Shown one piece after another: positions 13,801 to 26,413 of a DNA stretch of 64,000 nucleotides. The stretch is from positions 165,664,001 to 165,728,000 of the forward strand of contig OX597816.1 in the NCBI GenBank assembly GCA_951406725.2, given 5' to 3'. The stretch comes from Octopus vulgaris. Taxonomy: Eukaryota. The number at the start of each line of letters is the position of its first letter. Within the stretch, counting starts at the first letter, position 1. The position numbers were made by a program, and so were the translations under genes. The notes beneath the pieces are model-generated. The model saw nothing but the letters and a program-made list of their open reading frames with translations, was not told the origin of the DNA and did no database searches.

Positions 13801-14567
13801 ATATTATTGTGTCTGGGGAGAATCTCTTTTAATGCCTTATTAATTAACACTCACCAGTTCGATTTCTACTCATTCATTCATTTTTTCTAAACCTTTCAAC
13901 TAAAAACAACTATTGAAAAGGTTGCAAGATGCAATGAAAATTTTAGAAAAAAAATTTAGCAAATGAGTGGAAATCGAATCTGTGAGTGTGTTAAGTAATA
14001 AGGCACTAAAAGAGAATGACTCTCCCCAGACAATAAAACATGCTTCAACACAGGAATTCACAGAAAGAAACTTGCAAACAAATTATTCATTCAATTATAT
14101 GTTTACTTGTTTCCGTTAGACTGTGGCCATGCTGGGGTACCATCCTGAATTTTAGTTGAATGAATCGATCTCATTACTGATTATTTTTTAAAGCCTGGTA
14201 CTTATTCTATCAGTCCTTTCTGCTGAACCACTACATTATGTGGATGTAAACACACCAACATGGGTTTTCAAGTGGTTGTGTGTGAGGCTTCTTTCAGTTT
14301 CCATCAACTAAATCCATTGAAGGCTTTGGTCAGCCCAAGGCCAAAGTAGAAGACACTTGCCCAAGGTACCACGCAGTGGGACTGAACCTAGAACCATGTG
14401 GTTGGGAAGCAAGCTTCTTACCACATAGCCACTCTTGCACTATATATATTTGTAATAATTGTACAGAAACATATTGTTGGAACAGTCTTAGCATCATTAT
14501 AAATTATTCAAGACATTTCCATTTTGGAATTCTAAATTCATTCTTTCCTTCTTTGTTCTCATTGCAG

Positions 14568-14626
14568 ATATTCAAAGTAATGAAGAGAGGAAATATGTAC
14601 AGAATTCTTGGAGACATAAAATATAT
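14568..14626 (+). other. Candidate 59-nt internal exon (may be cryptic)
   Basis: Long polypyrimidine tract + TTGCAG acceptor and AT|GTAAGT donor; two frames open (IFKVMKRGNMYRILGDIKY or IQSNEERKYVQNSWRHKIY); no protein recognised. Confidence 0.3.
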
Positions 14627-14879
14627 GTAAGTATATAACTAATAATTGGCATCAAATGAATAAAACCATAGGTATTCCTGAATAAAAAGAACGCAACATA
14701 TTTAATCACTGAAACTAGAATCAGTAATTAATGATGATAATAATTAATAACCCGAAGGCACATGGAATTTCGTTATGCAACTATAATATACTATAAAGCA
14801 TATTAAATGTTTTTATAAGTCAACACCACGTCCTGCTGTGTTAGCAGTGCTCTTTACATTATTTTGTTAAAGTTATTTA

Positions 14880-15041
14880 GGCATAGGAGTGGCTGTGTGG
14901 TAAGTAGCTTGCTTACCAACCACATGGTTCCGGGTTCAGTCCCACTGCATGGAACCTTGAGCAAGTGTCTTCTACTATAGCCTCGGGCCGACCAAAGCCT
15001 TATGAGTGGATTTGGTAGAGAGAAACTGAAAGAAGCCCGTC

Positions 15042-15075
<34 letters not shown>

Positions 15076-15219
15076 AAGAATAAAGTGTACGTTCAAACAC
15101 AAAAGAGATACCCGAAAAATAGGATATCTGACTTGCTAGAAAGAGCAGTTAAAAACTCCAAGCCACCAATTGGTAACTAAGAATTTTTCGATGAATATTC
15201 TTGCTACCCTAAGATTTTA

Positions 15220-15276
<57 letters not shown>

Positions 15277-15320
15277 ATGTTTGTGTGTCTGTGTTTGTCC
15301 CCCCAAGATCGCTTGACAAG
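14880..15320 (+). mobile_element. SINE family A with an extra insertion in its internal (TA)n
   Basis: Intact head at 14880-15042; unrelated ~150 bp lies between two TA runs. Confidence 0.8.
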
Positions 15321-18300
15321 TAATTCATATGAATGTGAAAGAAAGACAGCTAACAATAAATAAAGGGTGATGGTAAAATTAGTAAAAAGAGGAACCAAAA
15401 ATAGACAGATTCAAATGCAATGGCAACCCTCTTCATACAAGCCGTAAGATGGGAGAGAGACTGAATGATAGTAGGGAAGTACATAGAAAAGGGAGAGCAA
15501 TTCATATGAATGTGATGGTCAGGAGACACACAAATGAAGATGATACACATTCCAATCTCCATCGCCATCAATAATTTATATTTGTTCCCCCCCTCCATGC
15601 TTGCAGCAGGTTCTCTTCAGTACAGCACTTATATAAACAAAGCAGAAATAATTAAATTTTACAATGATTAATAATTGTTTTATTTTAGTGAGAAGGCTGT
15701 TTGAATTTTTCAACAGTCATTCGAGCTTTGTATCAGTTAAAATGTCTAAAAATTCCCCAAGAACTGATGCAGGTGTGGTAAGAAGATTGTTTCCCAACCG
15801 CATGGTTCTGGGTTCAGTCCCACAGCGTGGAAATTTGGACGTCTTCTATAGCCTTGCGAGCAGATTTGGTAGACAAAAACTGAAAGTGTGTGTGTGAGAC
15901 CACAGCTTGACAAGTATGGATTTGTTTACATCCCCTGTAACTTAGTGGTTCAGCAGAGTGAGTATGATAAAAACCAGCCTTAAAAAGAAAAATATGAAGC
16001 ACTGGAGTCAATTTGCTTGACTAAAAATTATATTATTCAAGGCAGTGCCCCAGCATGGCCACAGTCTAATGACAGAAACAAGTAAAAGGTAAAAGAAAAA
16101 TATGCCCTGTACTTGGTAATCATTGGAAACATACCAAACAGTCTTATTTCCTTCTAAGGAATCTCAACATGGTTTTTTAAAGATAATCTTACTGCAAGTA
16201 ACAGCAGGTTTCCAAATCGTATAAATGGATGTTTTGAATATTTCTGTTTTCCATAAAGAATCATTAATAAAAAAAAATAATTAAAAAAATAAAAAACCCT
16301 GAATTTACAATTCTATTTAGAATTATGAATACAATGGAGCATTCTTTCACTTTTCTCTGTCATTTCTGACAGCTATCCTGGAGACTCTTACTGAAAAGAT
16401 ATATCACTTCCAGATTCCTCATATATTCCATACAGCCTGCATATAATGATATTCCTGCTACAGGCCGTTTCTACAGCATTACAGCTCTCATTATATTGCT
16501 CAGGATTCCGTTTTACATACACACATTCTCACATAATGAACAAGAAACAGAACTATTGCTATGTGGCACTGCTAGAAATAGAAGTCATACCTCCCTAAAA
16601 TCACATCCTACAGTCTTAAAAAAGAAATGAGAATTATGTAGCTCTTCTACAGCAAGAAACCTGTTCTGCTTTGATCCCTTATATGTTAACCCCCTTCATC
16701 TGAGTATAAAGGGCCCCTACCATGAGTATGCTGTTGCTGCAAAAAGGAAACTATTCATGCAGTAATGTAATCAGTATTAGGAAGGGCATCCATCTGTGGA
16801 AACCACTTCAAAACAATGGAGCACAATATAATTTTTGGAACTGTCAGATCCTGTGAAACCATTGAACCCATGCCAGCATAGAATATGGATTGTTTAAATA
16901 ATGATGATGATGATGGCTACCAATACAAAACAAGTGATGTCTTGACAAGATCACAAAGATAATGTTTACCATCCTCCACAAAACCACTAATACATGTATA
17001 TATAAGTGTATGCAGGTATGCAAGTGCATGTGTTTGTCAGTATGATAGATGATGCGAAAATATGGGATTACCATTTTGATGGTATCATTGTGGACTTAGT
17101 CAGATGAACTGATTTAACATCATCACCAGGCACTGGGGCGTCTTTACCAGAGACTACTCTATTGCAGATACTTAAAAGGTTATAGTTTTAATATTGCTCC
17201 AGTTGCATACACTGGATTTTATTCAGCCTGGCAGCTTTTTGCAACATCAGTGAATGGGTTACTCACAGTTTTCTATGTATTGGATAAGACAAATCTCATC
17301 TGAACATGAGGTTTGTTGTGGGCACATCACTGACAAGGCTCAAAAGGGCCAAAATGAATATAGCATATTCACAAGCTATTGCCAGGAAGACTTTTCATCT
17401 TCTACTGATATATACTACTGTTTTTGCTTCATTTTTTATTTTTATATTTTTAACATAGCACATCAATAGGAAATTTTATCTCGGATGAAAACCACAGTAT
17501 CTTGCTTATTCCCCACCACAATCCTGGATAAGGGGACATTTATTTTGTCTTGCAAGTTACTTGGTGTCAGTAATGGTACCATGCAAAAAGTACCAGTGCT
17601 GGTGCCACATAAAAAGCACCCAATACACTTTGCAAAGTGGTTGGTTTTTGGAAGGGCATCTAACTGTAGAAACTATGCCAAAACAGACAGCTGGGGCCTG
17701 GTGAAGCCCTTGACCGTACCAGCTCCTATCAAACCGTCCAACTCATGCCAGCATGAAAATCCAACAATAAATGATTATATATGAATAAAATGCCTGTATG
17801 ACAAATTTTTACATTCATGCACATATATACATTTATGTGAAGTGGGTATCCAATAATAATGTTGTAGAAACACATGAATTCTTGTACGTTTATACACAAA
17901 CACTGTATATACACCTGCTTCAATCAAGTACAACGTATTATCAAGCATGTGTACACACACACAGACATACACCTGTTTGAAGTATTTACATAAAATTTTG
18001 TAACACAAAGACACCTGTTTGCAAATTTTTTGTATAAAATTTTAATATGAACAAATGCCTTACAAAGTGTAAGGCATGAAATATTGTCATATATACACAT
18101 ACACACACATCTGAAGTATGCATAGAATAACAGGCCTATTCTTCTAAAGTGTGTCTGTAGAATATTCTTGTACAGATACTGCTAGTATATATATAATCCT
18201 TTAACATCTATTTTCCTATGTTTATATAGGTCAGACATTTGAATCAGATCATTTATAGCCAAATGCCCTTCCAGTTGCCAACCTTCACCTGTTTCCAAGC

Positions 18301-19581
18301 AAAGTAATATTTTCCCATAGTCATGTTTTTCACAGAAAACGAGAAAATGACTAAACCTGCTTGTATGACAATGATGCTCCTTTACAAACATCACATGATG
18401 TCTAGCAAAGGGTACATACAAACACACACACACACAAGTATATATGATGGGTTTCTTTCAGTTTCCATCAATCAAATCAGCTCACAGAGTTTTGACAGGC
18501 CCGGAGCTAAAATAGAAGACACTTGCCTGAGGTGCTGCACAGAAGGACCAAACCCAAGACCACATGGTTGGGAAGCAAGATTCTTAACCACACAGCCATG
18601 TCTGCACCTATATACATTTAACAGGCTTCTTTCAATTTCCATGCCTCTGCCCCTTTTGTGTGTGTGCATGCATATGTATGTATATGATACAACTGAAATC
18701 AGATATAAGAGCAAAAAGCAACCCAGATTGAGTTAATGAGAATTTCAGTAGAATCAGCTGACTTCTGAAAGGCACACAGAAGACTCATTGGATAACTGAG
18801 TACTCCCAAACTGGACACTCTGAAAATACAGCTAAGTGGTGGTGGGGGTGTCACTTTAGAGTGGGTTCAATCCACACTTAACTGTGCCCTGAAGAATGAT
18901 AAATGAATTGCAACGAACAAGGAATTCAGAGCCATGCAAATATGCATGATATGCACTATTTCTCTGATGCAATAAAAACTCTTTACGGCACCAATCTATG
19001 GCACAATTTATAAGAAATATCAACCTAATCCACTCTACTCAATGTGCTGAGTTCTACACCAGATAAAGTTTGCACTGCATAAAATAGATGTTAATTTTTT
19101 CATTAATATAAGGCAGCGTGCTAGCAAAACCATTAGTATGCCAGGCAAAATGAATAGCAATTCATTGAATTTTATATTCTGAGTTTAAATTCCATCAGGG
19201 AAAACTGACTTTCAGCCTTTTGGGGTCAATAAAATAGTACCTCAAAGTACTGAAGGCTGGTCTCCAGACACTGAACCTTATGAAGGAGATGACAAAGGAG
19301 CAAGATATCTGGCACAATGCTGTACTCAAGAAGACCCATCTGCCACTGGAGAATTGATACTGGTGCTACATAAAACAATAAAACGTACCTAGTACACACT
19401 GTGGAATGGTTGGCATTAGGAAGGGTATTCAGCTTTAGAAACCATGCCAGAACAGGCGTTCTACCCACACCAGCATGGAAATCGGACATTAAACAATGAT
19501 GATAACTAAGCACGGGGAGGGGGAGTCAATGTAACTGACCATCCTTTTCCCTAAGTGAAAATTCGAATTTTTTTTCATTAA

Positions 19582-19833
19582 CCCATTCATGCCAGTCGTC
19601 CATTATACCCACTACACTCTCGAGACAATTTATAAGGGTATAAAACAAATACTTGATACAAATTGCAATTTGCGTATGATCTGTATCAAAAAATGAAACA
19701 TGTTTTTAACAGGTGTGCAGTCTGAATCAAACAGATTTCAATTAAATTTTTTTCAGTTGTTATTTAGGTCAGAATACAAGTATCTGAATTTTCAGGCAAT
19801 TTCATTCACTAGAAAAATTCTGCCATGAATGGG
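19582..19833. mobile_element. piggyBac-type MITE, family 2
   Basis: TTAA TSD on both sides (19578-19581, 19834-19837); TIR CCCATTCATG(C/G)CAG. Confidence 0.85.
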
Positions 19834-20055
19834 TTAATTTCTGCCTAAATTTGAAAATAATAAAGAATTTAGTAAACTATTACAACATTATTAAACTGGA
19901 TGGAACATAAATTAACATTAAAGTTTGATGGAGGATTTTGTTTCTGATCACTTTAACCCTTTTGCTACCATATTTTGTCAAAATACACAATCTTTCTTTC
20001 AACTAAATTCAAAATAATGAAATTACCAAAATAAATTTGTCATTACTAAGTTGGA

Positions 20056-20342
20056 GGCACCCGGCCTAGTGGTTAGAGCAGCGGACTCATGGTCGAGGGA
20101 TCGCGGGTTCGAATCTCAGACATGAGCGATGTGTGTGTTTACGAGCGAAACACCTAAGCTCTACGTGGCTCCGACGGAAGGTAATGGCAAACTTCTGCTG
20201 ACTCTTTAGCCACAACTTTCCCTCACTCTTTCCTCCTGCATCTTGCAGCTCACCTGCGACGGTCCGGTGTCCCATCCAGGTGGGGAACCTATACGCCAAG
20301 GAAACCGGCCCTTATGAGCCAGGCATGGCTCAAGAAGGAGGC
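20056..20342 (+). mobile_element. tRNA-derived SINE with V-domain-like core
   Basis: A box GGCCTAGTGGTTAGAG, B box GGTTCGAATC, then CCTGCGACGG...CCCATCCAGG. Confidence 0.75.
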
Positions 20343-20764
20343 GTATTTGGAACACAAATTAACATGCAATTTTGATGAAAGGGTTTCAATTTAAATCACT
20401 TTACAAGAAGTTTGTGTTATAGACCCAACGGTGATTCAAGGAAGTTGGTATTAAAAGATAATTATTACATTACAATATATCATCATAAGTCATTTTAATA
20501 TCTACTTTTTCATGCCTATCTTCACCTGCTTCCAAACAAGGTAATTGTCACAGTCTACCAAACAATGAACAGCCATGAATATTGTACCAGCTGGAGACAT
20601 TGACAGGTGAAACCATGTACTAGCTAAAAAAATTACAATAAAGTTAACACTACTTTAAGTATGGTGTGCACCACTCCACCTCAGTATGTTCCATTCTTAT
20701 TCAAAATCTATTGAGGTAATAACCTCAATTTAACCTACACATAAAACATTCATACATACACACA

Positions 20765-22146
20765 CACAAAACAAATTATATAGAAATGAAACATATCTAT
20801 ATATAATTTAATACACATATATACATACATAATTTAACATATGTACATACACACAGACATAGTTAATGTGAGGATATTTCCACCATAACTGGCTTCTGTG
20901 CCGCTGGCAAGTAAGTAACACCATCCAATCATGGTCGATGCCAACCCCCTCTGGTCCCTGTGCTGGTGGTACATAAAAAAGCACCCACTACACTCTCAGA
21001 GTGGTTGGCATTAGGAAGGGCATCCAGCTGTAGAAACACTGCCAGATCAGACTGAAGCCTGGCGCAGCCTCCTGGCTTCCCAGACCCCAGTCAAACCGTC
21101 AAACCCATGCCAGCATGGAAAACAGACGGTAAACAATGATGAGTTTTGGTGTATGAGTGCAAGTGTGTATAATAAAATTGACGGTATGTTAAAGCTAGTT
21201 TTATATGTGGGTGTGTATATACACACACACAACATATAAATTATATATAAATGAAACATATATAACACGTAAAAAGCACCAGTCAAGCGTGGGTTATTGC
21301 CAATGTCACCTGATTGGCTCCCGCACCGGTGGCACATAAAAAGCACCATTCGAGTGTGGTTGATGCCAGTACACCTGACTTGGCACATAAAAAGCACCCA
21401 CTACACTCTCGGAATGGGTGGCATTAGGAAGGGCATCCAGCTGTAGAAGCACTGTCAGATCAGACTGGAGCCTGGTACAGTCTTCTGGCTTGCCAGTTCC
21501 CAGTCAAACTGTCCAACCCATACAAGCATGGAAGGCAGACATTAAACAATGATGATGAACAAATATCTATACACATAATTTAACACATATATACATACAT
21601 ATAGTTAAATTGAGGATATCTTAAAGGTAGTTTTGGTGTGTGTGTGTATATATATAAAATTGACATTATGTCAAAGCTAGTTTTAAATGTGTGCATACAT
21701 AAACAAACATGTGTCTTAATATACAAAACAATTTATACGTAAATGTAACATGGGTGGCTGTGTGGTAAGAAGGTTCCTTCCAAACCACATGGTTCCAGGT
21801 TCAGTCCCACTGTGTGACACCTTGGGAAAATATCTACTATAGCCTGAAGCCAACAAAAGCCTTTTGAGTGAACTTGGCAGAGAGAAACTGAAAGAAGTCC
21901 ATCGTGTATGTATGTGTGTGTATGTCCTCCCACCATTGCTTGGTGTGTTTACGTCCCTGTAACTCAGTAGTTCAGCAAAAGAGACCGATAGAATAAGTAC
22001 TAGGCTTTCAAAGAATAAGTCTTGGGGTTGATTTGTCCAACTAAAGACAGTGCTCCAGCATGGTAGCAGTCAAATGACCAAAACTAATAAAAGAATAACA
22101 TAACACACATAGTTAAACTGAGGATATTTTAAAGGAAGTTTTGGTA

Positions 22147-22193
<47 letters not shown>

Positions 22194-22745
22194 CTAGTTT
22201 TAAACGTGTGCCTTAACATACAAAACAAATTTTATGTAAATGAAACATCTATGTATAATTAAACACACACACACACACATATATTTATATATACATATAT
22301 AATTTTACACATATGTACATACATAGTTAAATTGAGAATATTTTAAAGGTAGTTTTTGTGTGTGTGTGTTTGTATAAAATTGGGATTATGTTATGAAGCT
22401 AGTTTTAAATGTATATATACACACATACACACACGAACACGTGTAAAACAAATTATAAATGAAACGTGGTGCCCCAGCATGACCGCAGCTTTAAAACTGA
22501 AACAATTTAAAGAATTTAAAGAATATATAATTTAACACATTTTCTTTTATTTGTATCAGTCATTTGGCTGCAGCCATGCTGGAGCACTGCCTTTAGTCGA
22601 GCAAATCGACCACAGGATTTATTCTTTGTAAGACTAGTACTTATTCTATCGGCCACTTTTGCCGAACCGCTAAGTTACGCGGACATAAACACACTAGCAT
22701 CAGTTGTCAAGCGATGGCGGGGTGGTGGGGTGTACAAACACAGAA

Positions 22746-22785
<40 letters not shown>

Positions 22786-23296
22786 TAGGAGACTAGAAAA
22801 ACAGCCAACAACTGATGACGGGTCGTTCTTTATGTTGTTTGTTTTGTTTTCATTTGTGTCTTTCGCTGTTCGAAAGAATAGTTCACTTTCCATGTATTCG
22901 TGCTTCGTACTTTGTTGTACACGTTTCGTGACGTCCTGTGCCCACATATGTATGTGTGTATATATATATTTACACGTGTAGATGTAAGTATGTACATATA
23001 TGTATGTATATGCATGTATATTATTTATACTTTATATACATGACAGGCGTCTTTCAATTTCCGTCTACCAAACCCACTCAAAAGGCGGTCAGCCCGAGGC
23101 TATAGTAGAAGACACTTGCCCGAGGTGTCACGCAGTGGGACTGAACCAGGAACCATGTGGTTGGTAAGCAAGCCACTTACCACACACCCACTGCCGCGCG
23201 TACATACACATATTTAATTGAGGATATTTTAAAGGTAGTTTTGGTGTGTGTGTGTGTATGTAAAATTGAGGTTATGTAAAACTAGTTTTAAACGTG

Positions 23297-23332
<36 letters not shown>

Positions 23333-23342
23333 AACACGTGTC
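20765..23342. repeat. Old ~200-bp local tandem repeat (about 5 copies) interrupted by retroelement insertions
   Basis: Recurring ACATAGTTAAATTGAGGATATTTTAAAGGTAGTTTTGG...AAAATTG...AGCTAGTTTTAAA...ACAAAACAAATTAT...AAATGAAACA at about 20858, 21600, 22107, 22321 and 23210. Confidence 0.8.
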
Positions 23343-23470
23343 TGTGAGTGGGAGTTAGTAACCCATTACTCCAGTAGCAGACGTTCCCACCACCGACAGC
23401 ACCGACTGGTCGGCGTCGCCATGTAAGCGAATTCGTTTACAGCCCAGATTTATCTCGAAACACCTTCCAA
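23335..23470 (-). promoter_or_regulatory. CpG-rich promoter/first-exon-like patch
   Basis: Unique CpG-dense sequence; YY1-like ACATGGCG on minus (ATG at 23422, MATPTSRCCRWWERLLL then GA|gtaatg); also a plus-strand GCCAT|GTAAGC donor and CACGTG at 23335; orientation uncertain. Confidence 0.4.
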
Positions 23471-23942
23471 TTTGGTTTTGTACTTTACACTGATTTAGTA
23501 CAACTACTATTGCTGCTGCCGACGCTACTACTACCACAACCACCACCATCACCCAACACCTTTGATTGTACTTTTGAGATACTTTGATGCAACCATTGTT
23601 GCTAAGTTCACCGCCATCACTACTAAGCTTCTACCAACACCTTTTGATTGTTACAGCTATTGCATCTCAGTACCTTTTATCTACTGTTACTACTATCATA
23701 ACAAATACTACTCTTATCACAGCTGTGAATACTACTGCTGTTGCTGCTAATAATAACAATGCCTTTTATTAATAGCCGCTACTTTGATAATTACTTCCTT
23801 CACCATATCAACTTTTTCCACTCCTACTACAACGAGGCAATAAGGGAGCGTCTATGTGGTTCTTCAATTCCTAGAAATAGCAGCCAAATATCATTTGAAT
23901 CACACTTAAACCTTAAAAAAGAAGAAGAAAAAGAAACTATGT

Positions 23943-24354
23943 GGATCTTTTCGGTTTGAACGGCAGTTTTTTATAGTGGTGTCATATGAAATTGTCACCC
24001 ATAATTATGACCCTAGAATCGATCTATTGCATTTCAATCTCGGTTAGGGTTAGGGGTGGGGGAAGGGTATCTTTTTTTTCTTCACAAATGTAAATAAACC
24101 CAATCTGTTTCTTAAACGAGGGACATATTCATACGGCACAGAATGCTTTTTAACTCAATAGACGTCACTGATTGGTTGAAATTGCAGAAATTGAAGAAAA
24201 AAAAACAACAAATATCTTACAAACTATAGAATTTTCTCAATAAAGCCAAGAGAAAAAGATGTTTTATAAACACATTCTACCAATACACGAAGTTAAAAAT
24301 TTTTGAGTTACCTAGAACTTATGTTAAAAACTGCCGTTCAAACCGAAAAGATCC
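23943..24354. mobile_element. Non-autonomous DNA transposon, Merlin-like (GG termini, 8-bp TSD)
   Basis: Perfect 29-bp TIR GGATCTTTTCGGTTTGAACGGCAGTTTTT; TSD AACTATGT at 23935-23942 and 24355-24362; superfamily assignment is inferred. Confidence 0.85.
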
Positions 24355-24389
24355 AACTATGTTATTGTTTAGGAAGAGTTTTCCTTAAA

Positions 24390-24870
24390 GTATAGGGACA
24401 GGCGCCATTGTAGCACACCACTGCATACACCATTTATCAATATCTACTCAGATCGTCCCAGGCACCCCCACCCCACCCAAGCAGTGTTCCAATCAGTTCC
24501 AGTCTCCGTAAGATATTTCCTCATCTGCTGTGACCACTAGGCACGTGGCAGACCAACACGAGCCATCACCCCAGCCAGATCCACAGATATGAGAATATAA
24601 TATGCAAGACCCAGCGCGGAACATCAAGCAACCACACCAAACAGCCTAAGCTGATACCTCCGAACCGTACAGGACGCATCCCAGTTTCTTAGTACAGTCA
24701 TCGGATGGATACAAAATCTGACCAATGACAGTCCATAATCTTGCAAAGTATCGAAGTACCAAAGGAGTTCGGATGGCTCCAAGCAAAATAATAAACCCCG
24801 AGAATATTAAACATTAATGTCCCTGTCCAGCCCGCAAGCTTCTCTGTGTACTGCCCTTGTGGCAAATTTA
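24390..24870 (-). mobile_element. Decayed RTE-type LINE 3' fragment
   Basis: Minus strand encodes VLYGSE (RT C-terminal LLYGxE motif) amid stops and frameshifts. Confidence 0.55.
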
Positions 24871-25212
24871 ATGAAATAAAGAAGCTTGCTTCCCAACCAC
24901 ATGGTTCCAGGTTCAGTCCTACTGCATGGCACCTTGGGCGAGTGTCTACTACTAAAGCCTCGGGCCAACCAAAGCCTTGTGAGTAGATATGGTAGACGGA
25001 AACTGAAAGAAACCCGGCGTGTGTGTGTGTGTACTTATATATACACGAGGGTACTACATGAGTACTTACACCGCTAAAAATAGAAACCGAAAATACTTCT
25101 GTGCCACGGAAGAGTCAAATCTATTACAGGCCTGGTAAGAAAAATTCCAGTGAACATTTTGTATCTATTTTTAGCGATGCAAGTACTCGTGTAGTACCCT
25201 CATGTATGTCTA

Positions 25213-25263
<51 letters not shown>

Positions 25264-25266
<3 letters not shown>

Positions 25267-25496
25267 GGAGTAAACACATAAATGTGAAACAAGGTGGAAA
25301 AAAGAGTACTCAAATACCAGTGGTAGAGTAATATGCTTTATTTTAAGCAGCAGAAAATTCAACAAAATCTGTTACTCTGAGTTTCTCGTTGCCGTTCATC
25401 AGACAGTTTTTCCATTCTAGCAAAAACTGTCTGATGAACGGCAACGAGAAACTCAGAGTAACAGATTTTGTTGAATTTTCTGCTGCTTAAAATAAA

Positions 25497-25500
<4 letters not shown>
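25264..25500. mobile_element. Penelope-like pLTR with inverted duplication, in (TA)n
   Basis: 76-bp perfect inverted repeat (25336-25411 / 25422-25497); the 5' part recurs inverted at about 3455-3530. Confidence 0.8.
25422..25469 (+). ncRNA. Minimal type I hammerhead ribozyme (identical copy on minus strand at 25364-25411)
   Basis: CTGT-CTGATGA-a-CG(GCAA)CG-a-GAAA-CTCAGAG-TA-ACAG; predicted GUA cleavage after 25460. Confidence 0.75.
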
Positions 25501-25535
<35 letters not shown>

Positions 25536-25899
25536 CATATATGGGTACAGGACGTCACCAACGGTGCAAATAACATGAAATACGTAAACAACGAGAAAAC
25601 TGGACAAGTAAACATCAGTTGTCTGTCATATATATATATAAAGTACATAACTTATATTGTATGCATTATTTTATCTCTACGGCTGATATTAGCTTGCCAC
25701 TTGTGTTGGTGTTTTAATAATACCTTGCCCTTATATATATATATAAACAGTAGTACTACGGATTTCGAACACTTCTTATGAATAAATCGTGCTTTATCTC
25801 CTGTCTTTCTCATATTCATTTAATACAGTAGCACCTTGCTTTATGAATGCCTCTGATCACAAATAAATCGTGCATTTTATATATATGTGTGTGTGTGTA

Positions 25900-26065
25900 A
25901 GCGCAGGAGTGGCTGTGTGGTAAGTAGCTTGTTTACAAACCATATGGTTCCGGGTTCATTCCTACTGCGTGGCAAGTGTCTTCTACTATAGCCTCGGGCC
26001 GGCCAAAACCTTGTGAGTGGATTTGGTTTACGGAAATTGAAAGAAACCCGTCGTATATATGTATG

Positions 26066-26112
<47 letters not shown>

Positions 26113-26310
26113 ATGTCTGTGTTTGTCCCTCCAACATCGCTTGACAACTGATACTGGTGTGTTTACATGCCCGTAACTTAACAGTTCGGCAAAGTAGACC
26201 GATACAATAAGTACTAGGCTTACAAAGAATAAGTCATGGGGTCGATTGCTCGACTAAAGGCGGTGCTCCAACATGGCCACAGACAAATGACTGAAACAAG
26301 TAAAAGAGTG
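25900..26310 (+). mobile_element. SINE family A, near full-length
   Basis: Head, internal microsatellite and AAATGACTGAAACAAGTAAAAG tail. Confidence 0.85.
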
Positions 26311-26413
26311 ACGTTACTTTATATGTAGCACTTGCCCTGACAGGATCACCAAGTACCTTTTTGCATCTTGCAAAGTACTTGATGACCCAGTCAGTTCAGG
26401 TGTCACTTTAAAA

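Noticed and set aside
20056-20130. tRNA-like sequence (also at 57708 and 8020)
   Set aside because: SINE heads: no proper acceptor stem, and they continue into SINE bodies
22805-22950. CTGATGA in a TA-embedded element (relative at 25533-25628); similar partial cores at about 55452 and 55560
   Set aside because: No correctly placed GAAA, stem III or stem I partner could be found
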